From Dehalococcoidia bacterium (GTDB lineage Bacteria > Chloroflexota > Dehalococcoidia > UBA2979), in assembly GCA_965219085.1 (NCBI GenBank), contig OZ244720.1, positions 2,336,001 to 2,400,000 of the forward strand: a stretch of DNA of 64,000 nt, written 5' to 3'. Each line of letters starts with the position of its first letter. The stretch's first letter is position 1. The position numbers and the translations under genes are program-made. Below, one piece after another: positions 42,398-50,833 of the stretch. The notes beneath the pieces are model-generated. The model searched no databases. It was not told the origin of the DNA and worked only from the letters and a program-made list of their open reading frames with translations.

Positions 42398-43642
42398 ATG
42401 CGGGACACCGCGGCGAGTGACGCACAAAACGGCCAGGCGCCTGACTCCCGGTACGTTCACGAGGGTCTCGAAGGCATCGTCCTGCCGACCGATTACCGGA
42501 TCAACGCCGAACGGGCGCTGGCCGCTGAGCCCGCAGGCGCGTCCAACTACCTCAGGCACACGCTGATCGGCGATCCCGAGATGGACGCGATCATCGGGGA
42601 GATGTCCTACCTGCCCGCCGGTGATGTCGGGTTGTTCATCCACGCCGGGATGGAACAAGACGAGGATACGCTGCGTTCGGCGCCCGAAGCGCTGCGCGAG
42701 TTCTTCCTGTCGCCGCCCCCCGACCCGCCCTGGCTCGATCGCGAAGCCTTCGGGCCGGGTATCCGTGCGTTCCATCGGGACAGCGGGATGATCCTGGTCG
42801 GCTTCGTAACCGGGGTGCTCGTCGACGGTTTCACGACGTACATCGCGAAGTCATTCGTGCTGACGGGCCGCATTTTCGATCGCGGCGTCAGGCGGCTCCA
42901 GCAGAACAACCGCCACTTCCTGGAGATCTTCTTCCCCGGGGGCCTGGAACGGTACGGCGACGGATGGAAGCTCTCCGTCCGGATCCGGCTCATTCACGCA
43001 CAGCTGAGGAGACTGCTGAGGGCCGCCGACGACTGGGACGAGGAGGCCTGGGGCGCCCCCATCAGCGCGGCGCACACGGGCTACGCCGCAGCCTGCTTCT
43101 CCGCCCGAACCATGAAGCACGCCGAGGCGCTGGGCGTTCGCTTCACGCGGGAAGAGCGCGACAGCATCATGGCGATCTGGCGGTACACGGCGTGGCTCAT
43201 GGGTATCCCGGAGTCCATCCTGGCCTCAACCGAGGAAGAGGCGCTGGACCTGTACCGGATTACCTCGCTCTGCGAGCCGCCTATGTCCGACGAGTCCATC
43301 ATCATGTCCAACGCGCTCGTCAACTCCGCTCCCCTGGTCGCGGGCGTGACGGAGTCAGCTGAACGCAGAACCATGGTGAGTAAGCAGATATTCCCGCTGT
43401 CGCGGGCGCTCATCGGCAATGAGATGGCCGACGCGCTGCGCTTCCCGAGGTCCAGAAACGTCGGAGTGCTCTTCCAGTTCAGGATGCTGCAGCGCTGGCA
43501 GCGGCTGATGGCGAAGCTACAACGCAAGGAGGTGACTGCCGACAACTTCGGCCAGCTCCTCGCGATCTCGGCGTACGACGACGAGGGAATCAGCTACCGG
43601 ATCCCCGACCATGAGCACTCGGAGCGATCCAGCCAGTGGTAG
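42398..43642 (+). CDS. MpaB/Lcp-like (DUF2236) heme oxygenase family protein
   Basis: 'GDPEMD', 'PPWLD', 'RRLQQN', 'RIRLIHAQLR', 'WGAPIS', 'WRYTAWLMGIP'; start at 42398 or 42377. Confidence 0.8.
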   Translation: MRDTAASDAQNGQAPDSRYVHEGLEGIVLPTDYRINAERALAAEPAGASNYLRHTLIGDPEMDAIIGEMSYLPAGDVGLFIHAGMEQDEDTLRSAPEALREFFLSPPPDPPWLDREAFGPGIRAFHRDSGMILVGFVTGVLVDGFTTYIAKSFVLTGRIFDRGVRRLQQNNRHFLEIFFPGGLERYGDGWKLSVRIRLIHAQLRRLLRAADDWDEEAWGAPISAAHTGYAAACFSARTMKHAEALGVRFTREERDSIMAIWRYTAWLMGIPESILASTEEEALDLYRITSLCEPPMSDESIIMSNALVNSAPLVAGVTESAERRTMVSKQIFPLSRALIGNEMADALRFPRSRNVGVLFQFRMLQRWQRLMAKLQRKEVTADNFGQLLAISAYDDEGISYRIPDHEHSERSSQW

Positions 43643-43867
43643 GCGCTCCCTGATCGCCCTGTAGTCACACTCCAGTGTTCCAGCGGGCCCAGCCGGAGCC
43701 CGTCCAGGCGGAGATGCCTCCGCCAAGCCTCGGCACGCGTCGCAGGGAGTGGCCGGGTCAGACCTCGGCTCGCCGGGGACCGCAGGCGCGCGGCCGCGCG
43801 AGGACTGAACCCTCGCTCGCCCGGTGCTACCCTCGGCGTGCCGCCCACCGAGCGCCGGGGTCCCCAC

Positions 43868-45262
43868 ATGCACCACGCCCGCCGCGTCCGCACGCTCCCG
43901 GCGCTGATCGTCGCCGTCGCGCTCGCACTATCTGTGGCCGCGTGCTCGGGTGACGACGGCAGCCCCGTGCCCGTGCGGCCCCCCGCCACCTCGCCCACAG
44001 CGGTCTCGACGCCCACCGCCACGCCGGCGACCACCGCGACCGCCACGGCCGAAGCGACTCCCGACGCGACCGCCACCGTGACCGCTGTACCCGAGGCGGG
44101 CTCGGGTACGCCCTCGCCGACTCCCACACCCTCGGCCACCGTCGCCACCGTCACCGCGACGCCGGCGCCGGCCGAAGCGCCGCTGGCCGTGGGGTTCGCC
44201 GAGGCGTTCGGTGGCCGGGAGTTCGACCGGCCGATCGAGATCGGCGTCTATCCGGTCGGGCCTGAGCCTGGCTCGGCTCCCGGCATGTTCCTCGCCGAGC
44301 AGGACGGCCGCATCCTCGTGCTGCACCCGGACGCCGACGCCGCGGCCGAGCTGCTCGACATCAGCGATCAGGTCTCGCGTCGAGGCAACGAGGAGGGACT
44401 GCTCAGCGTCGCCCTCGACCCGCGGTTCGATGAGAGCGGGCGCCTCTGGGTCTACTACTCGGCGAGCGGCGTGCCGCGCATGTCGCGGCTCGCGCGGTTC
44501 ACGGTCGACCCCGCCGACCCGCTGCGCGTGGTTCCCGATTCCGAGCTCGTGATCATCGAGGTGGAGCAGCCGTACTCGAACCACAACGGCGGCGCGATCC
44601 GCTTCGGGCCGGACGGGATGCTCTACCTCGGCTACGGCGACGGCGGATCGGGCGGCGACCCGAGGGGTCACGGGCAGAACCTCGCGACGCTGCTTGGCAG
44701 CGTCATCCGCATCGATGTCCGTGACGCCTCGAGGGCCGCTCCGTATGCGGTCCCGCCCGACAACCCGTTCGTGGGCGTCGAGGGCGCACGAACGGAGATC
44801 TGGGCGTACGGGCTGCGCAACCCGTGGCGCATGGCGTTTGACCCGGAGACGGGCGCGCTGTGGGCCGGCGACGTCGGCCAGGGCGAGATCGAGGAGATCG
44901 ACCGCGTCGAGGCCGGAGGCAACTACGGGTGGAACCGTCTCGAGGGCACCCGCTGCTTCTCCCCTCGCGAGGGCTGCGACCCTGAGGGGACGGTGCTGCC
45001 GGTGGCCGAGTACGAGCACAACCTCGGCTGCTCGGTGACGGGTGGTGTGGTGTACCGCGGCGAGGCGATCCCCGCGCTCGCCGGCCACTACCTGTTCAGC
45101 GACTTCTGCAGCGGGCGGCTGTGGGCCCTCCCGCTCGACGGCGGCGAGGTGGTCGAGATCGCGGTGAGCCCGCGGCCCGTCTCGTCGTTCGGCACGGACG
45201 CGGACGGCGAGGTGTACGTGCTGACGTTCGGCGGGGCGGTGCTGCGGATCGTGCCCCGCTGA
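43868..45262 (+). CDS. PQQ-dependent glucose/sorbosone dehydrogenase family lipoprotein
   Basis: Lipobox 'VAAC', Pro/Thr/Ala linker, 'EEGLLSVALDP', 'NHNGGAIRFGPDGMLY..GDGG', 'GLRNPWR', 'DVGQ', 'GGNYGW', 'SVTGG'. Confidence 0.9.
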   Translation: MHHARRVRTLPALIVAVALALSVAACSGDDGSPVPVRPPATSPTAVSTPTATPATTATATAEATPDATATVTAVPEAGSGTPSPTPTPSATVATVTATPAPAEAPLAVGFAEAFGGREFDRPIEIGVYPVGPEPGSAPGMFLAEQDGRILVLHPDADAAAELLDISDQVSRRGNEEGLLSVALDPRFDESGRLWVYYSASGVPRMSRLARFTVDPADPLRVVPDSELVIIEVEQPYSNHNGGAIRFGPDGMLYLGYGDGGSGGDPRGHGQNLATLLGSVIRIDVRDASRAAPYAVPPDNPFVGVEGARTEIWAYGLRNPWRMAFDPETGALWAGDVGQGEIEEIDRVEAGGNYGWNRLEGTRCFSPREGCDPEGTVLPVAEYEHNLGCSVTGGVVYRGEAIPALAGHYLFSDFCSGRLWALPLDGGEVVEIAVSPRPVSSFGTDADGEVYVLTFGGAVLRIVPR

Positions 45263-45310
45263 TGGTGACAGGCCGTATCGGGCGCGGCACACGGGCCGTA
45301 GCATGACGCC

Positions 45311-45490
45311 GTGACGATACCCGCGCTGATCGCGCTCTTCGCCGTATACGTGGTGCTCACGCTGTGGCAGATGCGGGTTGCGCTCGCCGCGCGCGAGCCG
45401 CACGCCCGCCTGGCCCACGCGCGGCGGTTGCTCGTGCTCGTCTCGGCGGGCGTGCCGCTGCTGGTCGTGCTCATCCTCGTGGCGCTGTAG
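45311..45490 (+). CDS. Small two-TM hypothetical protein (59 aa)
   Basis: Hand translation VTIPALIALFAVYVVLTLWQMRVALAAREPHARLAHARRLLVLVSAGVPLLVVLILVAL*; TAGCAT 6 nt upstream; below the ORF-track cutoff. Confidence 0.6.
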   Translation: MTIPALIALFAVYVVLTLWQMRVALAAREPHARLAHARRLLVLVSAGVPLLVVLILVAL

Positions 45491-45606
45491 CGCGCGCGAT
45501 ACGTCGAGGTGGCGTGCGTGGTTGACGGCCGCGCGAGCGTTCGTACGATCGAGTGCGCGCGTATCGCCCGGGCGGGCCGGCGTGTGACGGGAACCAGGCA
45601 GTACCC

Positions 45607-48111
45607 ATGACGACCCAGGAGCAGGCAGCACCCCAGGCCTCCGGCGACGGACGCGACTCGGCCGATCGCTACGATCCGCTCGCCGTTGAGGCGCGCTGGC
45701 AGCAGCGCTGGACCGAGAGCGGCCTCTACCACACGCCCGACCGCATGGAGGGCCGGGACAACTGGTACCACCTCACGATGCTGCCCTACACCTCGGGCGA
45801 CCTGCACATCGGGCACTGGTTCGCGATGGCGCCCTCCGACACCATCGCGCGCTTCCGCCGCATGAACGGCGCCAACGTGCTGTTCCCGATGGGCTTCGAC
45901 GCCTTCGGGCTCCCCGCCGAGAACGCCGCGATCGCGCGCGGCACGCACCCCAAGGACTGGACCGACGGCAACATCGAGCGCATGCGCGGCCAGCTCCAGC
46001 GCATGGGCGCGATGTTCGACTGGGAGCGCGAGGTCAACACGAGCGCGCCCGAGTACTACCGCTGGACGCAGTGGTGGTTCCTCAAGCTCTTCGAGCAGGG
46101 CCTCGCCTACCGCGACGGCGCGGCCGTGAACTGGTGCCCGTCCTGCAACACCGTGCTCGCCAACGAGCAGGTCCTCGACGGCCGCTGCGAGCGCTCGGGC
46201 GACCTCGTCGAGCAGCGCACGATGGAGCAGTGGTTCTTCCGCATCACCGCCTACGCCGACGAGCTGCTCGACAACGCCGGCATGGCGTGGCCCGAGCACG
46301 TGAAGCTCATGCAGCGCAACTGGATCGGCCGCTCCGAGGGCGTCGAGGCGTCCTTCGCGCTCGAGTCGCCGACCTCGGACGGCACGGACGAGATGCGCGT
46401 CTTCACCACGCGCCCGGACACGCTCCACGGCGTGACCTTCATGGTGCTCGCCCCCGAGCACCGGCTCGTCGCCGAGTTCACCACCGACGAGCATCGCGAG
46501 GAGGTCGAGGCGTACGTGCAGGCCGCAACCCACGCCTCGGATCTGGAGCGCCAGTCGACCGATCGCGACAAGACGGGCGTCTTCACCGGCTCGTACTGCA
46601 TCAACCACCTCACCAGCGAGCGCGTCCCGATCTGGATCGCCGACTACGTGCTCGCCTCGTACGGCACGGGCGCGGTCATGGGCGTGCCCGCGCACGACGA
46701 TCGCGACTTCGAGTTCGCCGAGCTGTTCGGGCTGCCGATCCCGGTCGTGATCGCGCCCGAGGAATGGGAGGGCGTGCCGCTCACGCAGGCCTACCTCGAG
46801 CCGGGCGTGCTCGTGAACTCCGGCCAGTTCGACGGGACGCCGTCCGAGGAGGCGAAGGCCGCCATCACCGCGCACCTCGACGCCAACGGCTGGGGCGGCC
46901 CGACGGTGCAGTACCGTCTGCGCGACTGGCTGATCTCGCGCCAGCGCTACTGGGGCGCGCCGATCCCCATCGTCTACTGCGACGCCTGCGGCATCGTGCC
47001 CGTGCCCGAGGACCAGCTCCCGATCGAGCTCCCGTACGACGTCGAGTTCCTGCCGACTGGCCAGTCGCCACTCGCGCTGTCCGAGGAGTTCGTGAGCACC
47101 TCGTGCCCGGACTGCGGCGAGCCGGCGCGCCGTGAGACCGACACGATGGATACCTTCATGTGCTCGTCGTGGTACTTCATGCGCTACGCCGACCCGCGGG
47201 ACGCGGACTACGCCGTCGCGCGCGACATCGCGGACATGTGGCTCCCGGTCGACCAGTACACGGGCGGCAGCGAGCACGCGACGATGCACCTGCTGTACGC
47301 GCGCTTCTTCTACAAGGCGGCACGCGACGCCGGCCTCGTCCCGGACGATGAGCCGTTCACGCGCTACTTCGCGCAGGGCCAGATCCTGGGCCCCGACGGA
47401 CGCCGCATGTCGAAGTCGCGCGGCAACGTCGTCCCGCCCGACGACCAGGTGGAGCGCTGGGGCGCCGACGCGTTCCGCGCCTACCTCATCTTCCTCGGCC
47501 CGTGGGACCAGGGCGGGCCGTACGACGTCGACGGCATCGTGGGCGTCGCGCGCTGGCTGCGCCGCGCGTGGTCGCTCTTCGTCACGCCGCCCGACACGAC
47601 CGCTGCCGCCGACGCCGCGAACGCGCGCGCGCCGCTGCAGGAGGCGCACCGCACACTCGAGCGCGTGACCGCGGACCTCGACCGCTTCCAGATGAACACC
47701 GCCGTGGCCGCGCTCATGGAGCTCACGAACAGCCTCGCGCGGCTGCGCGACGAGGGCCCCGTGCACGACGAGTCGTGGAACGGCGCGCTGCGCATGTTCA
47801 CGCTCATGCTCGGGCCGATCTGCCCGCATGTCGCCGAGGAGCTGTGGGAGCGCCTGGGGCAGCCCTACTCGGTGCACGAGCAGGCGTGGCCGGACGTCGA
47901 CGCCGCGCTCACCGCGCGCGAGACCGTCGAGCTGGTCGTGCAGGTCAACGGACGGCTGCGTGACCGCCTCCAGGTCTCGCCCGACGCCGACGAGGCCGAG
48001 GTGCGCGCGCTCGCCGACGCCAGCGAGCGTGTCGCCGCCGCGCTGGGCGGCAAGGAGCCGAGGCGCGTGATCTACGTCCCGGGACGGCTCATCAACCTGG
48101 TGGCGGGATAG
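45607..48111 (+). CDS. leuS: Leucine--tRNA ligase
   Basis: 'MLPYTSGDLHIGH', 'MQRNWIGRSEG', 'FTTRPDT', 'GTGAVMGVPAHD', 'RDWLISRQRYWG', 'RMSKS', 'VQVNG'. Confidence 0.98.
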   Translation: MTTQEQAAPQASGDGRDSADRYDPLAVEARWQQRWTESGLYHTPDRMEGRDNWYHLTMLPYTSGDLHIGHWFAMAPSDTIARFRRMNGANVLFPMGFDAFGLPAENAAIARGTHPKDWTDGNIERMRGQLQRMGAMFDWEREVNTSAPEYYRWTQWWFLKLFEQGLAYRDGAAVNWCPSCNTVLANEQVLDGRCERSGDLVEQRTMEQWFFRITAYADELLDNAGMAWPEHVKLMQRNWIGRSEGVEASFALESPTSDGTDEMRVFTTRPDTLHGVTFMVLAPEHRLVAEFTTDEHREEVEAYVQAATHASDLERQSTDRDKTGVFTGSYCINHLTSERVPIWIADYVLASYGTGAVMGVPAHDDRDFEFAELFGLPIPVVIAPEEWEGVPLTQAYLEPGVLVNSGQFDGTPSEEAKAAITAHLDANGWGGPTVQYRLRDWLISRQRYWGAPIPIVYCDACGIVPVPEDQLPIELPYDVEFLPTGQSPLALSEEFVSTSCPDCGEPARRETDTMDTFMCSSWYFMRYADPRDADYAVARDIADMWLPVDQYTGGSEHATMHLLYARFFYKAARDAGLVPDDEPFTRYFAQGQILGPDGRRMSKSRGNVVPPDDQVERWGADAFRAYLIFLGPWDQGGPYDVDGIVGVARWLRRAWSLFVTPPDTTAAADAANARAPLQEAHRTLERVTADLDRFQMNTAVAALMELTNSLARLRDEGPVHDESWNGALRMFTLMLGPICPHVAEELWERLGQPYSVHEQAWPDVDAALTARETVELVVQVNGRLRDRLQVSPDADEAEVRALADASERVAAALGGKEPRRVIYVPGRLINLVAG

Positions 48112-48125
48112 CCGCGCGCGTCCGC

Positions 48126-48851
48126 ATGCGGCTCACGGCGGTACTGGTCGCGCTCGCGGGCTGCGCCCTGCTGCTGACCGCGTGTCCCGGCGACGACGAG
48201 CCGGCGACCACGTCGGCGCACCACGCGGCCGCGCGCGTTGAGACCCTCGAAACCACCGATGGGGTGCGTCTCGACGCGCGGCACTTCCCGGCGACGGGCG
48301 AGCGGCTCGTGATCCTGCTGCACATGTACCCGGCCGATCAGAGCTCGTGGTTCGGCTTCGCCGAGGAGCTGCAGACCCGAGACGTCGACGCGCTCACCTT
48401 CGATTTCCGTGGATACGGGGAGTCCGGCGGGGAGAAGGATCCGGGTGTCGCCGACCTCGACGCGCGCGCCGCGCTCGCCTTCGCGCGCGAGCGGGGCTTC
48501 GAGCGTGTGGTGCTGATCGGGGCCTCGATGGGCGGGACGGCCGCGATCGTGGTGGCCGCCGGTGAGCCGGTGGACGGGGTGGTGGCGCTGTCCGCACCGG
48601 CCGCCATGGCCGAGCTGGACGCGGCGACCGTGATCGCGGATGTGCGGGCGCCCATCACGCTGGTCGCGGCCGGCGAGGATCTCTCCGGCGCCGAGTCGCT
48701 GCGCGACCTCGCCGCGCGCGCGGACCTCGGCGACCACGACGTGCTGCTGATGGCCGGGCGCGCGCACGGCACCGAGCTGCTGGAGGAACCCGGCCGCGAG
48801 ACCGTGCGCGGCTGGCTGCTGGACTTCCTCGACCGCGTCTGGGCGCCGTAG
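48126..48851 (+). CDS. Alpha/beta hydrolase lipoprotein
   Basis: Lipobox 'LTAC', 'FDFRGYGES', nucleophile elbow 'GASMGG', 'AHGT'. Confidence 0.85.
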   Translation: MRLTAVLVALAGCALLLTACPGDDEPATTSAHHAAARVETLETTDGVRLDARHFPATGERLVILLHMYPADQSSWFGFAEELQTRDVDALTFDFRGYGESGGEKDPGVADLDARAALAFARERGFERVVLIGASMGGTAAIVVAAGEPVDGVVALSAPAAMAELDAATVIADVRAPITLVAAGEDLSGAESLRDLAARADLGDHDVLLMAGRAHGTELLEEPGRETVRGWLLDFLDRVWAP

Positions 48852-48872
48852 GGCTCTCGCTGCCCTCGCCGT

Positions 48873-49760
48873 TCAGTTCGCCGGGCTCTGTGCGATCGTT
48901 CCGAGGCGCGGAGTTGCCGCTTCGGGCTCTTCGAGCGGTTCCGGCTCGGCGGCCGGGGGTTGCTCGCCCGTCTGCCCGAGCACCTCGAGCCGGGCGCGCT
49001 CGTCGTCGAGGGGCGGCATCGCGAAATCGTCGATGACGTCCTCCTCTGGCGGCGAGAGGTTCGGGCCGGGCTCGGCGCGCGCCTCGGGATCCTCGGCGCG
49101 AGCGAAGTGGATCGGCCCGGCGCCGCCTACGCCCGTGTCCCCGTTCGAACGTTGCTCGGCCTCGTTGAGCGAGCGTGGCGCCGCGCCCGCGTCCGCGAGG
49201 AGCGCGTCCATCTGGTCGGCCGTGACAGTGGGACGCATGGCCTCCTCGGGAGGGGCCCCCGCGAGCTGTTCGAGCCCGGACTGCACGGAGCGCTGGAACG
49301 AGCCGAGCTGGTGGTCCAGCTTCGAGAGCAGGTGGCGCGCGTACTCGTCCGCGGCCGCCATCTGCTGCCGGGCCACGAGGCGCGACTCCTCGATCCGGCC
49401 CGCCATCTCGGCGTTGGCCCCGGCATCGCGCTCTTCGGCGCGCGCGTCGGCCTCCGCGACGATCTTCGCGGCGTGCTCGCGCGCCGCGCGCGTGAGCTTG
49501 TGGTCGTCGATGAGCGCGGCGGCCTGCTCCTCGGCGCGCGCGAGCATGAGCCGCGCCTCCTCCCCGGTATTGCGGCGGATGGCGTCCATCTCGGCCACGA
49601 TCTCGCGCGCCTCGCGCACCTCGGCGGGAATGGCGACCCGGAGCTGGTCGATCGTGTCGAGCAGCTCGCGGCGGTCGACGACCGCGCGGTTGCCGATGGG
49701 CATGCGCTGCGCGCCCGCCACCTGCTCCTCGAGACGGTCGATGAGGTAGAGCAGATCCAT
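48873..49760 (-). CDS. Coiled-coil protein of the family commonly encoded downstream of coaD (ATP synthase B/DivIVA-like), with an acidic tail
   Basis: 'MDLLYLIDRLEE...MPIGNRAVVDRRELLDTIDQLRVAIPAEVREA...AADEYA'. Confidence 0.75.
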   Translation of the reverse strand: MDLLYLIDRLEEQVAGAQRMPIGNRAVVDRRELLDTIDQLRVAIPAEVREAREIVAEMDAIRRNTGEEARLMLARAEEQAAALIDDHKLTRAAREHAAKIVAEADARAEERDAGANAEMAGRIEESRLVARQQMAAADEYARHLLSKLDHQLGSFQRSVQSGLEQLAGAPPEEAMRPTVTADQMDALLADAGAAPRSLNEAEQRSNGDTGVGGAGPIHFARAEDPEARAEPGPNLSPPEEDVIDDFAMPPLDDERARLEVLGQTGEQPPAAEPEPLEEPEAATPRLGTIAQSPAN

Positions 49761-49773
49761 CGGGAGCCTCCTG

Positions 49774-50250
49774 CTAGCGGTTCCGGAACTTCTCTTGCAA
49801 CGCCGCCACCACGTGCGGCGGCGTCATGTCGCTCACGTCGCGTCCGAAGCCGGCGAGCTCGCGGACGCGTGATGCGCTGATGAAGAGGTGGTCGAGTGAG
49901 GTCATGAGGAACGTCGTGTCGACGTCGGGCGCCATCTTGCGGTTCATGAACGCCTGGTCAATCTCGTCCGTGAAGTCATTGATGTCGCGCAGCCCCTTGA
50001 CCAGCACGATCGCGCCCTCGTCGCGCGCGCTCTCGACGGTGAGCCCGCTATTGGCGATCACGCGCGCGTTCGGCACGTCCGCGACGGCCTCGGCGAAGAG
50101 CTGCACGCGCTCCTCGGTGGTGAAGAGCGCGGAGCGGCTCTCGGCGACCGCGACGATCACCGTCTCGTAGAGCAGGGCGGCGCGTCGCAGGATGTCGATA
50201 TGGCCGAAGGTCACCGGGTCGAAGCGGCCGGGGTACATCGCAGTGGTCAC
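49774..50250 (-). CDS. coaD: Phosphopantetheine adenylyltransferase
   Basis: 'YPGRFDPVTFGHIDI', 'LFTTEER', 'VKGLR', 'ISASRVRE'. Confidence 0.95.
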   Translation of the reverse strand: MTTAMYPGRFDPVTFGHIDILRRAALLYETVIVAVAESRSALFTTEERVQLFAEAVADVPNARVIANSGLTVESARDEGAIVLVKGLRDINDFTDEIDQAFMNRKMAPDVDTTFLMTSLDHLFISASRVRELAGFGRDVSDMTPPHVVAALQEKFRNR

Positions 50251-50251
50251 G

Positions 50252-50830
50252 TCAGCTCTCCTCGCGTTGCGCGTGTGGGGTGTCGTTGCTCCGGTAGAGC
50301 GCGATCGCGCCGTCGCCTTGCCGCCGCTCACGCCAGCGGGGACGGCCGGCGAGCGACGGTGGCGCATCCGTGCGTGCGGAGTGTTCGACGGCGATCACGG
50401 CCCCCTCGCCGAGGGCGCTCGCGATCGCGCTGTCGATGTCGGTCCACGCGGCATCGTCGCCGTACGGAGGATCGGCCAGCACGAGGCTGAACGCCACGCC
50501 GTCCGCGGGGCGCCAGCGCCCGACGCGCGCCGTCGTCACCTCGGCGCGGTCGGCGAAGTGCGTGCGCTCCAGGTTCTCGCGTATCACCCGGCACGCCCGG
50601 CGGCTCGAATCGACGAAGATGCAGCGCTCCGCGCCGCGTGAGAGCGCCTCGATGCCGAGCGCGCCGCTGCCGGCGTAGAGGTCGACGACGCTGTCGAGGG
50701 GCGTCCCGGCGGCTTCAAGCATGCCGAACAGCGACTCTCGCAGGCGTGCGGACGTCGGCCGCGTATCGCTGCCCGGAGGCGTGCGCAGCAGCAGGCCGCG
50801 CGCGGAACCGCCGATGACGCGAAGTGGCAT
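50252..50830 (-). CDS. rsmD: 16S rRNA m2G966 methyltransferase RsmD
   Basis: 'LRVIGG..RG', 'TRPT', 'DLYAGSGALGIEALSRGA', 'DPPY'. Confidence 0.93.
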   Translation of the reverse strand: MPLRVIGGSARGLLLRTPPGSDTRPTSARLRESLFGMLEAAGTPLDSVVDLYAGSGALGIEALSRGAERCIFVDSSRRACRVIRENLERTHFADRAEVTTARVGRWRPADGVAFSLVLADPPYGDDAAWTDIDSAIASALGEGAVIAVEHSARTDAPPSLAGRPRWRERRQGDGAIALYRSNDTPHAQREES

Positions 50831-50833
50831 GCG

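Noticed and set aside
39760-43830. Integrative element at tRNA-Ala
   Set aside because: No duplicate of the tRNA 3' end and no integrase found downstream by eye.
45491-45606. T-box riboswitch upstream of leuS (also checked lysS and serS)
   Set aside because: Leaders are too short or absent, and no T-box consensus (TGGNACC) with a terminator was seen.
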